Shown piece after piece: positions 20,056 to 29,486 of a DNA stretch of 38,633 bases. The stretch comes from a virus (lineage: Duplodnaviria; Caudoviricetes): IMG/VR virus record IMGVR_UViG_3300017784_009384, positions 1 to 38,633 of that record; one strand, written 5' to 3'. Position numbers and translations under genes: made by a program. The notes under the pieces are model-generated. The model was not told the origin of the DNA. It was given only the letters and a program-made list of their open reading frames with translations, and ran no database searches. Positions within the stretch are counted from its first letter, which is position 1, and every line of letters begins with the position of its first letter.

Positions 20056-20559
20056 ATGCCAACAGCATTACAGTACATGGTAAAATTAAAAAACATTTAC
20101 AAAGAGAATTACGTAAATGTTTTAAAAAAGCATTTTGGTTTTCTTCCGTTTGATATAATCAAAAAAAATTATAATAAATTTATTACTAAGGATGATTTTA
20201 TTTCTGCCGATCACCCTATAATGATTACAACAACACCAGTAAAATGGTCTTGTGGTGTAATAGATTGTAAAGTTAATATTAATACGTACAATTTATATAA
20301 AATCAGCGACGGTTCTAAATTGTATGGACCACCAGTATGGTACCCAATACGCAGAAGAGAGACCCACCCATTTCTTATTGCAATTTGGAATACAGTAAGT
20401 TATAAAGGCTTGGCTACTGAAAAAATGTATAATAAAATTATTTTAAATTTAAATAAAATTTTTTATATTAAAAACTCTGAATTTGTTGTGTTAGATAAAA
20501 AATATCACCAGCATTTTGTTCATGCCATCTCTGCGTTTAATATTTATAATATATTATGA
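20056..20559 (+). CDS. hypothetical protein
   Basis: ORF tightly packed in the operon with an ATGA overlap to the next gene; no motif recognised. Confidence 0.6.
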   Translation: MPTALQYMVKLKNIYKENYVNVLKKHFGFLPFDIIKKNYNKFITKDDFISADHPIMITTTPVKWSCGVIDCKVNINTYNLYKISDGSKLYGPPVWYPIRRRETHPFLIAIWNTVSYKGLATEKMYNKIILNLNKIFYIKNSEFVVLDKKYHQHFVHAISAFNIYNIL

Positions 20560-21293
20560 TATCCATTGCTTGTGTATCGGATTTAAATTATATAACTTAC
20601 GCACGAGCAATGTTTAATTCGTTCAAATACAAACACAAACAATTACAGTATCATTTGTTATATGTTGGTAATAATGACGAATATACAAACAAAACAATTA
20701 ATTTATCTTATGACAATATACAACTTTCCAACAAAAAAGATATAATTAAAGATTTTAGTACAGAAGATAATGAGTATAAGCAGTTTTTTACTGGTAACGT
20801 TATGCTATCTGAAAAAAATTGTTACTGTAACAATTTGAGATTTAAGTTTGTCAACAATCTACTTAATTCCGGTATTAAAAATTTAATTTTTATAGATGCA
20901 GACATGCTATGCAACCGTAATATTGATTTCTTAAGACTAATTTCATACAAAAAAGATATTTGTTTGCAACCATACTTTGAAGACAAAAAATATTACAGAA
21001 CCAATTTTTTTTATGTTAACAATACACCTGCAACTAAAGAATTTTTTAATGAGATTACTACCGGTATAGAAAAAGACTTCGGTATGTTTAAGTGGGGACA
21101 CACAAAATATTTTACAGAATTAGTAAAGCAATCAAATTTAAGAGTACTGGACTTGCCTGAAAATTTTATTGATACCAATTACAGTAACAATAGTTATATT
21201 TGGTCTGGAGAAAGCTTTAGAAAAGAAAAAAGTCTCGTGAGCATATCCACTAAAAATTTTAATTACATAAACAAGTATGAGAGTTGCCTATGA
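20556..21293 (+). CDS. GT-A nucleotide-diphospho-sugar transferase (GT77/GT8-like)
   Basis: LRFKFV..LL, IFIDADML (DxD) and TNFFYV.N. Confidence 0.65.
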   Translation: MISIACVSDLNYITYARAMFNSFKYKHKQLQYHLLYVGNNDEYTNKTINLSYDNIQLSNKKDIIKDFSTEDNEYKQFFTGNVMLSEKNCYCNNLRFKFVNNLLNSGIKNLIFIDADMLCNRNIDFLRLISYKKDICLQPYFEDKKYYRTNFFYVNNTPATKEFFNEITTGIEKDFGMFKWGHTKYFTELVKQSNLRVLDLPENFIDTNYSNNSYIWSGESFRKEKSLVSISTKNFNYINKYESCL

Positions 21294-22114
21294 ACCGTGA
21301 ATTAATAATGGAAGTAAGCCTATATGTGGGTTGTAGTGTTAATTGTAGTTATTGTCCACAGTTTAGTTTATTTAGATTATCAAAGAAACGTAAGATGAGT
21401 GTAGACGATTACAAAATTTTTCTCGATAAAATTCCCTCTACCACACATATAGGGTTTATAGGTATGAGTGAACCGCTACTTTATAAAGAGTTTGATAAGA
21501 TTATAGAGTATACACTTCACAAAAAACATAAAATGATATGTTTTACAACTTTGCCTGAGAAAATACAAGCTAATGTTAATATATTTCTTGATGAAACCCT
21601 CTGGTATAGGAGATCAGTACACATTAAAGATGAGCATATGTCGTGCAAAATTATTACACGTCAGTATATTCATAATCTTGAAAAATACTTTGATCAAATT
21701 GATATAAATGACAAAGATAAACAAAACTCTATTACAATACTATCAGATAATATAAATTCACAAATTGAAAATTTGATATTAAAATATAATTTGCAAGATT
21801 ATGTTTTTAGAACGCAACCTTTTCAACGCATAAGAGCTCCTATTACATATAAAGCACCTGTAATACCGCCAAAATTATTAGGTAAAATTTATTGCTCTCA
21901 AGGCCATGATAAAATACAGCATTTACTGCCTGATGGAGATGTTGTACTGTGCTGCATGGATGTTGAAAAGATGCATGTTCTTGGTAACCTCTTTAAAAAC
22001 TCATACCAAGACCTATATAATTCAAAGGAATATAAGGAAATACAACAAGGCTATGAAGATGATAGAGTTAAAACTATATGTAGATCATGTATTTTTGCAA
22101 AAAACGTAATATGA
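21290..22114 (+). CDS. radical SAM enzyme with C-terminal SPASM/twitch domain
   Basis: CSVNCSYC (CxxxCxxC), GMSEPLL, C...PDGDVVLCCMD...LGNL...CRSC. Start placed at the ATGA overlap (21290). Confidence 0.9.
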   Translation: MNRELIMEVSLYVGCSVNCSYCPQFSLFRLSKKRKMSVDDYKIFLDKIPSTTHIGFIGMSEPLLYKEFDKIIEYTLHKKHKMICFTTLPEKIQANVNIFLDETLWYRRSVHIKDEHMSCKIITRQYIHNLEKYFDQIDINDKDKQNSITILSDNINSQIENLILKYNLQDYVFRTQPFQRIRAPITYKAPVIPPKLLGKIYCSQGHDKIQHLLPDGDVVLCCMDVEKMHVLGNLFKNSYQDLYNSKEYKEIQQGYEDDRVKTICRSCIFAKNVI

Positions 22115-22902
22115 AGATTTGTTTTTCATACAGTGTTGATGAGAACTACTATGCATACGTTAAAAATAGTATTAATTCGCTTATCAAAAATGCTCCAAAC
22201 GTATATGCAAATATTGATCTTGTTAATTTCTACCAAACATATATTAATTTTGTCGACAGCAATAAGGTAAAATTCAATTACATTTTTCCTAAAGTACCGT
22301 CTAATAAAATTACTATTAAAAATAAAGGTTGCGAGGCATTAACAGAGAGAATAGTCAGTCTTACAGGTGCATATGCAAATCTACGTAAAGTTTACAACAT
22401 TTATAGCCTACTATTAACTAATGAGTATGATTACGTAGTTAATATGGATGCGGATAATTTAATTCTCAAGAATGTAGAAGATTATATTTCTAGATTACCA
22501 CAAGGTTTCGATATTCACATTAAATATAATGAAGGTAAACTGGAGGGTGACGAGCTAATAAGAAGAAAAGATAATTTTAAACATTTTAACGCTGTAGGGA
22601 TTGAATTAATCGACAAACATTTCCGGGAAGGATGCATGGTAGTTTGCAATACTGAGAACGCACGTAAATTTTTTAAGCTAGTGGCAGAGAATATCTTATC
22701 AAAAATTGTATGGTACGGCGATTCATACTGGATAACATATGCTTATTCTTTAATGAAAGACGAAATTAAAATAAATTATCTTCCTGAGGATTTTGTAATT
22801 TACGATCTTAATGAAACCAACATTGATACTGCATATGTTTGTAGTGGTTATGGCATGAATAAACATAGTAGTTTATATAAACAGTTAATAGTTGATGAAT
22901 AA
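22111..22902 (+). CDS. GT-A glycosyltransferase (paralogue-like to 20556..21293)
   Basis: YANLRK, VNMDADNLI (DxD), WYGD and YLPEDF. Start placed at the ATGA overlap (22111). Confidence 0.65.
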   Translation: MKICFSYSVDENYYAYVKNSINSLIKNAPNVYANIDLVNFYQTYINFVDSNKVKFNYIFPKVPSNKITIKNKGCEALTERIVSLTGAYANLRKVYNIYSLLLTNEYDYVVNMDADNLILKNVEDYISRLPQGFDIHIKYNEGKLEGDELIRRKDNFKHFNAVGIELIDKHFREGCMVVCNTENARKFFKLVAENILSKIVWYGDSYWITYAYSLMKDEIKINYLPEDFVIYDLNETNIDTAYVCSGYGMNKHSSLYKQLIVDE

Positions 22903-23653
22903 TTTTTTAAATTTATACAATAGCTATATTAAGTTATCTAACACGCATCAGTTTAAAAAAAATAATACTAAGTTTATAGGCATGTTTGGTAAAACATATG
23001 AAAACGGCAAAATAGTTGCAACAAAATTATACTTTAATATAGAAAAGCCTATTAACTGTGACTCCTTTCCATATCAAAACAAAATAAACTTATATAAAAA
23101 ATACGAACCCTTTGTAGATTATACACGCACTTTTAGTAACTGCATTGCAGTTAAAAAAGATTTAACAAAAAATAATTTTACCGAATATTTTCATCTCAAA
23201 TTCAACAACCAGTTCAAGTTTGACAGGCTTGACACTTTTCATGATATTATTCTAAATGACTACAAAAAAGGCATATCTGTAGAATTTGATAAAACAAAAG
23301 AAGACATAAAACGATATTATTATATAAGTGGAATTTCCGATATACAGACAATTTTTAATCAATTTAATATTAAAGAGAATGCATCTGCATTAAAATACAT
23401 CGAGTTTACATACAACCCAACTAAGAGCATTTTTATATATAACAATACAGAAAAGGTTTTAACGGGCATAACACATAACTGCCCGAATAGTATTGTACTT
23501 GATGTGCATGCCATGGCTGACAACTATGGGCTTAAGCCATGTTTATTTGGAAAATACCATAGCATACCAAGATATACTGTATATTGGGATCTAAATTTTA
23601 ACAATTTTAATTTGGGTAGCAACTTATTTAAATATATTACTGAGCAAAGTTGA
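22895..23653 (+). CDS. hypothetical protein, possible ABBA (PT-barrel) prenyltransferase-like fold
   Basis: Five beta-hairpin-like segments ending in K.YF / EYF / KRYY / IFIY / TVYW, separated by helical spacers. The fold call is speculative. Confidence 0.35.
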   Translation: MNNFLNLYNSYIKLSNTHQFKKNNTKFIGMFGKTYENGKIVATKLYFNIEKPINCDSFPYQNKINLYKKYEPFVDYTRTFSNCIAVKKDLTKNNFTEYFHLKFNNQFKFDRLDTFHDIILNDYKKGISVEFDKTKEDIKRYYYISGISDIQTIFNQFNIKENASALKYIEFTYNPTKSIFIYNNTEKVLTGITHNCPNSIVLDVHAMADNYGLKPCLFGKYHSIPRYTVYWDLNFNNFNLGSNLFKYITEQS

Positions 23654-23677
23654 TATTATAAGTAGTTATTGTAGTAT
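23650..23677 (+). promoter_or_regulatory. sigma70-like promoter TTGATA-N16-TAGTAT, 5 nt before ATG 23683
   Basis: Direct sequence; the -35 box overlaps the upstream TGA stop. Confidence 0.55.
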
Positions 23678-23682
23678 AAATT

Positions 23683-24780
23683 ATGGAGTGTCCTGTCAAT
23701 AGTCATAATGAATGGGATGTTTTGGAAGAAGTTATTGTGGGTAATGGATTTCCAGAGAAAATACCCATTGACGATATGTCTTTCCGTTTATTTTTTCACG
23801 ATAATATATATGGCAAACCAACAACCTATTTTTCCGAACGTTGGGGCATGTGTTCTAAGATAATAGATGAGCATAATGAGGATTTAGAAAATTTTGTTAG
23901 TCTACTGCAACAGAATAACGTAGCAGTACGGAGACCGAAAAAACCTACCAGTATAAAGAAGATAAAAACCTTGGGTTGGAATAGTATAAATTACCCTGCG
24001 CTTAATGTGAGGGACTTAACCATGGTAGTTGGGAATACGATTATTGAAACTCCTGTTTCTGCGCGCTGGAGACAATTTGAAAATGATTATATGAAACATA
24101 TATTTTTAGAATACTTTAATAAAGGTGCAAGATGGTTGAATGCACCGCGTCCTATCGCTACAGACAATTCATATGATTTGAATGAAGTATACAAAACAGA
24201 GGGAGCAGAAGCATTTTATTTTGATATTAAAGATAAGTTTAGTCACGAATTAGATTGTGGGTATGAAATAATGTTTGATGCAGCAAACTGTCAACGTCTA
24301 GGCGATAAAATCCTTTTTAATGCGCCTACTAAAAATGAAATGCTTGGAGTAAAGTGGTTGCAAGATATTTTAGGTGAAACATATACAATTTGGCCTTGCA
24401 ACATAACAGACCATCATATAGATTCAGTATTTTTACCTCTACGCCCTGGGCTGGCATTAATCACACTTGATATTGTTGATAAGTTGCCGCGTGAATTGCA
24501 AAAATGGGATTTTATTCGTATACCTGCAGAGCTTGATTCTGATAAAAACATAAACTACACACCACTAGCATCTGAAAAAATTTATTGTAACGTACTTTCA
24601 TTGAATCCAAATAAAATTATTTGTTTACCTGAGTATTATTCTTTACTATCAACCAAACTTAAGCCATATAACATTGAAGTTATTCCTTCACAAATACGTT
24701 ATAGCCGGCTATTTGGTGGCGGGCATCACTGTCTCTCGTTAGATATAAGAAGGCAAAGTAAGTTGGAAAGCTATTTTTAA
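23683..24780 (+). CDS. L-arginine-dependent amidinotransferase (glycine / inosamine-phosphate amidinotransferase family)
   Basis: PVNSHNEWDVLEEVIVG, VRD, IIETP...R.FE, FDAAN (Asp), HIDS (His) and GGGHHC (Cys): intact catalytic triad. Confidence 0.92.
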   Translation: MECPVNSHNEWDVLEEVIVGNGFPEKIPIDDMSFRLFFHDNIYGKPTTYFSERWGMCSKIIDEHNEDLENFVSLLQQNNVAVRRPKKPTSIKKIKTLGWNSINYPALNVRDLTMVVGNTIIETPVSARWRQFENDYMKHIFLEYFNKGARWLNAPRPIATDNSYDLNEVYKTEGAEAFYFDIKDKFSHELDCGYEIMFDAANCQRLGDKILFNAPTKNEMLGVKWLQDILGETYTIWPCNITDHHIDSVFLPLRPGLALITLDIVDKLPRELQKWDFIRIPAELDSDKNINYTPLASEKIYCNVLSLNPNKIICLPEYYSLLSTKLKPYNIEVIPSQIRYSRLFGGGHHCLSLDIRRQSKLESYF

Positions 24781-25544
24781 TGAAATTATTAGTTTTAATA
24801 TTTTCTTGCAAGAAAAATATAGACCGTTGTCTGGCAATACAACAGACATGGCTGCAAGATCTCAAGCAAAACCATATTGAGTATTTTTTTGTTTCTGCAG
24901 ATAATCTAGAATTACAAGAACCTTCAATTAAACTAGAAAATTTTACTGAATGTTACGAACAATTGCCGCTTAAAACATTTCTCACACTCAAACAAATTTA
25001 TAATTACAAGTTTACACATCTCGTTAAAACAGATGATGATGTTTTCTTGAATATAAGAAAGTTAATTGCAACACTTCCAAAAAATGTTGATTATTCAGGT
25101 AAATTTAATCTCAAAGGTGTTGATGCATCCATGATACACTATTATAAATGTAGTGGAGAATTTAGAACACCAAAAAAGAAAGCAGACCACGACTACGCAG
25201 AAGGAGGCATGTATATACTTAGTAAGAAAGCTGTTAAATATATTGTAAGTTGTAATCAAAAAATCTTTATTAATTCGCCTAAAACTTATAAAGGTGAAGA
25301 TGTTGCAGTTGGTGAACTACTTAATAATGAAAAATTTACTAAATTAGATCTTACAGATAGCTTATCTGACAAACTTAATATGGATATCACAAGAAATGAT
25401 GTTTCATATCACCCAGTGCATAAATCGTTGATGCATAAATTATATAAAGCTAAGACAACGAATGAAAGAATAGATATATTAGTTGCAAATACAGCAAAGA
25501 ATGACTATAATAAACGGGATATATTTATTAGAAAATATGAGTAA
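24780..25544 (+). CDS. GT31-family (galactosyltransferase/Fringe-like) glycosyltransferase
   Basis: R..AIQQTW, YEQLPLKT, KTDDDVF, GGMYILS and EDVAVG. Confidence 0.85.
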   Translation: MKLLVLIFSCKKNIDRCLAIQQTWLQDLKQNHIEYFFVSADNLELQEPSIKLENFTECYEQLPLKTFLTLKQIYNYKFTHLVKTDDDVFLNIRKLIATLPKNVDYSGKFNLKGVDASMIHYYKCSGEFRTPKKKADHDYAEGGMYILSKKAVKYIVSCNQKIFINSPKTYKGEDVAVGELLNNEKFTKLDLTDSLSDKLNMDITRNDVSYHPVHKSLMHKLYKAKTTNERIDILVANTAKNDYNKRDIFIRKYE

Positions 25545-26187
25545 TAATGTTTTAGTACTGGCACCTCACGGGGATGACGAAGTTTTGGGCTGTGGCGGCA
25601 GCATTGCCAAGCATATTGAATCTGGTGATCATGTTACAGTTGCTTTTATTAAAGCTGCGTACGATGAGAGATCCACGGTACAGCTTCAAAATACGATAAG
25701 TGCGCAAAAAGTATTAAATTATGAGAGAATGATTATTATGAATTTAGATGAGAATATTATTCATAACAAACTTGAGTTTATAAAAGAGCTTGAAGTAATC
25801 GTGAATACGGTAAAACCTGATACAATTTATTCAACTTTTTACGGCGATTTGCATCAAGATCATCGTGCATTATTTGAAGCGCTCAATACAGCTGCGCGTG
25901 TGTGGGCAGACCATCTTGTTAATAAAATTCTACTTTGTGAAACAATATCTTCAACTGATCAAGGTATTATTCGCAATATTAATCCGTTTGTGCCCAATTA
26001 TTACGTAACATTAAGCGATCGTCATATAGACAAAAAGATGGCTGCATTATCATGTTATGAGAGAGAAATAAAAAAAGAAGGTCACCCAAGATCAATAGAG
26101 CATGTTTTGAGTGTAGCAAAATCGCGAGGCCGTGAGATAAGAAACTCTTATGCTGAAGCATTTATGATTATGAGATTTATAGATTAA
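25537..26187 (+). CDS. PIG-L/LmbE-family N-acetyl-sugar de-N-acetylase
   Basis: VLAPHGDDEVLGCGG, DLHQDH, K..ALSCY and YAEAF. ATG 25537 preferred over TTG 25483. Confidence 0.9.
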   Translation: MSNNVLVLAPHGDDEVLGCGGSIAKHIESGDHVTVAFIKAAYDERSTVQLQNTISAQKVLNYERMIIMNLDENIIHNKLEFIKELEVIVNTVKPDTIYSTFYGDLHQDHRALFEALNTAARVWADHLVNKILLCETISSTDQGIIRNINPFVPNYYVTLSDRHIDKKMAALSCYEREIKKEGHPRSIEHVLSVAKSRGREIRNSYAEAFMIMRFID

Positions 26188-26188
26188 A

Positions 26189-26968
26189 ATGAATACCTGC
26201 AGACATAATAATAGAAATTACATACTCAATACAGCTAATTACACAAAAGAAGAAGATTTTTTAAAAGAATTTATAACTAAAGGGTACGCATTCTTAGAAA
26301 ATGTTGTTAGTATTAATTACGACTATAAAGAAAGACCCGAATATTCTAGAATAAAGCAAATGGATGTTATTGATAATTTTTTTCCTGATAACCCTGAATA
26401 CTTTCAAATTTTTAATAACTTTAAAGAATCAAAAATATTTGACATACTTTCCAATAATTTAACAAGCTTGAGATTGTATAATTTTATGTGTTTTCGCTTA
26501 TACAAAGGAAACGAATGCTCTTCATTGCACCGCGATGATGATTTTGCAATAACATATACCCTCAAAACACCATTTATAATTTGCTGGATGCCCCTAACCG
26601 ATGTATCTATTGCTGCAGGTCCGCTAGCGATTGCAGGAAAAACTAAGACTGAATATACACAACATGATATTGAAGAGGGTAAAAAATATGTACAAAAATA
26701 TTTAAAAAGTGACAACGCTATGGAGAATATTGATAGTATACGTAATGCTATGTTAAAAGAAGAAGATTATAAAATTTCTGTACATAGAGATTTTGATACA
26801 TTAATTTCTCGTGAACTTAAAAAAGGCGATGTTGTTGTAATGAATCACGATGTCGTACATGGGTCACTACATAACAACAATTTAATTCGATCGTCTATTG
26901 ATTTGAGATTGTTTTACAACTGCGACCTTAATAATAATTTACTCAAAAGAGTATCTTTGGATATATGA
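26189..26968 (+). CDS. PhyH-family Fe(II)/2-oxoglutarate dioxygenase
   Basis: LHRD (HxD), CWMPLTDV...GPL, GDVVVM...VHGS..N...RSSIDLR. Confidence 0.85.
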   Translation: MNTCRHNNRNYILNTANYTKEEDFLKEFITKGYAFLENVVSINYDYKERPEYSRIKQMDVIDNFFPDNPEYFQIFNNFKESKIFDILSNNLTSLRLYNFMCFRLYKGNECSSLHRDDDFAITYTLKTPFIICWMPLTDVSIAAGPLAIAGKTKTEYTQHDIEEGKKYVQKYLKSDNAMENIDSIRNAMLKEEDYKISVHRDFDTLISRELKKGDVVVMNHDVVHGSLHNNNLIRSSIDLRLFYNCDLNNNLLKRVSLDI

Positions 26969-28383
26969 ACAATAACATAGTTGTATTGGGTGGTGGCACT
27001 GCAGGCTGGTTGAGCGCTCTCTTTTTTAAAAAAGTATACTCTCAAGCAAAAATTACCATTGTCGAATCAGATGAAATAGGTATTATAGGTGTTGGTGAAA
27101 GCACAACACCGTATTTTATAGAAATGTTAGATTTTCTTGATATAAATGTTTTGGATATATTAAAAGCAAGTGATATTGCTTTTAAAACAGGTGTAAAATT
27201 TGATGGATGGGGTAAAAGCATATTTTACCACCCTTTTAATCTTAACGATGAACACTATAATCATGATATATCCCTCATTCAATACTATTTGAAAAATAAA
27301 GATACAAATGTGTTTAAAACATTAAACCCGTTAGTAACAATTACTGAACAAGGTAAGATTCAAAAAATTAAAAAAAACCTTCCACATAACGATTTTGCAG
27401 TTCATATTGATGCTTGCAAAACAAGCATTGCTCTAAAAAGTATTGCTCTCTCACGAGGCATTCAGCTTGTACAAGGTGTAGTTGGTAGTGTAGAGGTAAA
27501 AGATAATAACGTTGCTTCTTTAATCTTAAATAGTGGGTACAGAGTTTGTGGCGATTTCTTTGTAGATTGTTCAGGATTTAATAGAGTTCTTGCAAATAAG
27601 TTTAATATTAAATTTTTAAAATTTAACGATTTATTGACAAATACAGCTATACCCTGCCCTATTAAAAAGACTTTTTTCGAACCATATACAACCGCAAAAA
27701 CCTTGAATTATGGCTGGACATGGAAGATACCTACACACTCTAGAACAGGTACCGGCTATGTTTTTTCTAGAGATTACACTGATATAGATAGTGCAAAAAA
27801 AGAATTTTATACATATTTGAAAACTGTTACAGATGAAGAAATTAACCTAAATAAAATTATCTTTTTTGAAACTGGGACTCTTGAAAAAATTCATTTTAAT
27901 AATGTATTAGCAGTTGGATTAGCATCACATTTTCTTGAACCACTAGAAGGCACATCTCTTGCTATATCTGCGATTATATTATTTGAGTTTATTAAGCAAA
28001 GAGAAGACTTCAATACTAAAATACTACAAAAAATTTTACAGATAAAAGACTTTATTGTATTGCATTATTTAACTAAAAAAACACAGAGTAATTTTTGGTT
28101 GGATGCAAGCAAAAAAGCAAAAGAAAATAATTTAATTCAAAAACTCCTGTCTAGTAAAACATTAAATTTTGATCTGTTTAAAGACAATGATTATTATTTT
28201 AGCTTTTTAAATCATCTCAACTTTTTACAGAATCTCGATGCGGTTGATATTAACACAAGTGTATCAACAGAACGCTATAAGACTGATTTTAGCTATATTA
28301 AGCTTTTAAAGTCTAAGGCATGGCATTACAGTCATATTAAAAACGCTGTAGATTACAAAACATATTATGAACAGTTTCTATGA
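26965..28383 (+). CDS. flavin-dependent tryptophan halogenase-family protein
   Basis: GGGTAGW, IGVGEST, FKTGVKF (catalytic Lys position), FVDCSGF, GWTWKIP (WxWxIP) and FLEPLE. Confidence 0.88.
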   Translation: MNNNIVVLGGGTAGWLSALFFKKVYSQAKITIVESDEIGIIGVGESTTPYFIEMLDFLDINVLDILKASDIAFKTGVKFDGWGKSIFYHPFNLNDEHYNHDISLIQYYLKNKDTNVFKTLNPLVTITEQGKIQKIKKNLPHNDFAVHIDACKTSIALKSIALSRGIQLVQGVVGSVEVKDNNVASLILNSGYRVCGDFFVDCSGFNRVLANKFNIKFLKFNDLLTNTAIPCPIKKTFFEPYTTAKTLNYGWTWKIPTHSRTGTGYVFSRDYTDIDSAKKEFYTYLKTVTDEEINLNKIIFFETGTLEKIHFNNVLAVGLASHFLEPLEGTSLAISAIILFEFIKQREDFNTKILQKILQIKDFIVLHYLTKKTQSNFWLDASKKAKENNLIQKLLSSKTLNFDLFKDNDYYFSFLNHLNFLQNLDAVDINTSVSTERYKTDFSYIKLLKSKAWHYSHIKNAVDYKTYYEQFL

Positions 28384-29057
28384 AAATATTAGAAAAAGTA
28401 GATCACAAATATAGTTTTGATAAACTTAAAAAAGTTATCGAAGAATTTAATCTCTGCCCTAATTGGCGCGCAATTTTAGATAAAAATAAGTCTATTAATC
28501 TAGAGTATAAAGTGTTGCTTTTTTATAAAAAAATCTTTCTCAAATTTAAAATTGATAAAACTAAAAATATTTTAGATATTGGGTCAGGGCTCTGTCACAA
28601 TTATATGATCAGCAATATAATTGGGGCAAAGTGTACTTGCCTAGAAAAAATACCATGCACCACAGGCACAGATGAAAGCAATTTGTACGCATTATTTCAT
28701 AAAATTTTAAATATAGAGTCACCACTTTATTATAACATCAATTCACCCAACGTTTCTCTCCCAGGGAAATTTGATTATATACTACTACTGAACCAGACTT
28801 TCGATGAAAAACAAAATGCTAATGGCGATATAACTGTGTGGAGCATCGAAGATTGGGAAACGTTTTTTAAAAATCTTAACGTCAATTTAAACCCTGGTGG
28901 TAAGATACTTATCAATTGGACGTTGCAGCAGTTGAATGATGTAAATGAGAATGACCCACTCTATACTTGCAAAAATGGAAAGATTATTAAGTACCAACAC
29001 AATAAAAACTTTAAATTTTTCAAAAAACACTCAGAATTTAATGTGAGGTTTATATAA
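28380..29057 (+). CDS. class I SAM-dependent methyltransferase
   Basis: ILDIGSGL, KFDYI and LNPGGKI. Confidence 0.8.
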   Translation: MKILEKVDHKYSFDKLKKVIEEFNLCPNWRAILDKNKSINLEYKVLLFYKKIFLKFKIDKTKNILDIGSGLCHNYMISNIIGAKCTCLEKIPCTTGTDESNLYALFHKILNIESPLYYNINSPNVSLPGKFDYILLLNQTFDEKQNANGDITVWSIEDWETFFKNLNVNLNPGGKILINWTLQQLNDVNENDPLYTCKNGKIIKYQHNKNFKFFKKHSEFNVRFI

Positions 29058-29060
29058 TAC

Positions 29061-29294
29061 ATGGATATCGAATTTTTTGGATGGTTCTCTACATTATTTC
29101 TTTGGGGTGCTGCTCTACCCAAGCAAAGACATGTGTTGCATCTCTGTACAGCCATAGCAGCCTTGTCTCGTGCAATCTATATTACAACCTTGTATTTTGG
29201 TCCCACAGGCAATCTCGCAAGGCCATTGCTAATAAATTGGATAGCGCTATTTGTTATTCACCTATATCAGTATTTTGCATATAAAAATAAATAA
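29061..29294 (+). CDS. small three-helix membrane protein
   Basis: Hydrophobic segments; ends PLLINWIALFVIHLYQYF. Confidence 0.55.
   Translation: MDIEFFGWFSTLFLWGAALPKQRHVLHLCTAIAALSRAIYITTLYFGPTGNLARPLLINWIALFVIHLYQYFAYKNK
29288..29293 (+). promoter_or_regulatory. late promoter core TAAATA, 4 nt before ATG 29298
   Basis: Recurrent motif, but the context is very AT-rich. Confidence 0.45.
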
Positions 29295-29297
29295 TAA

Positions 29298-29486
29298 ATG
29301 GTAAGTTTGAGTGCAATTAGCGATTTCTTTGATCTGTCCAAACCATGCCCCTCTGAAATACAAAGATGTCGACAACTCAGAAACGATTACCGACTTGAAC
29401 TTCGTAATATGAAGCAATGCACAAGCTGTGCAATGCGAGTGGTAAAAAATGTTTTTATTAATAAAATAAATAAATGCTCGAATTAA
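29298..29486 (+). CDS. small Cys-rich protein (paralogue 1)
   Basis: FFD...PCP..I..C...R.DY...L..MK..CxxC.MR shared with the next ORF. Confidence 0.75.
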   Translation: MVSLSAISDFFDLSKPCPSEIQRCRQLRNDYRLELRNMKQCTSCAMRVVKNVFINKINKCSN

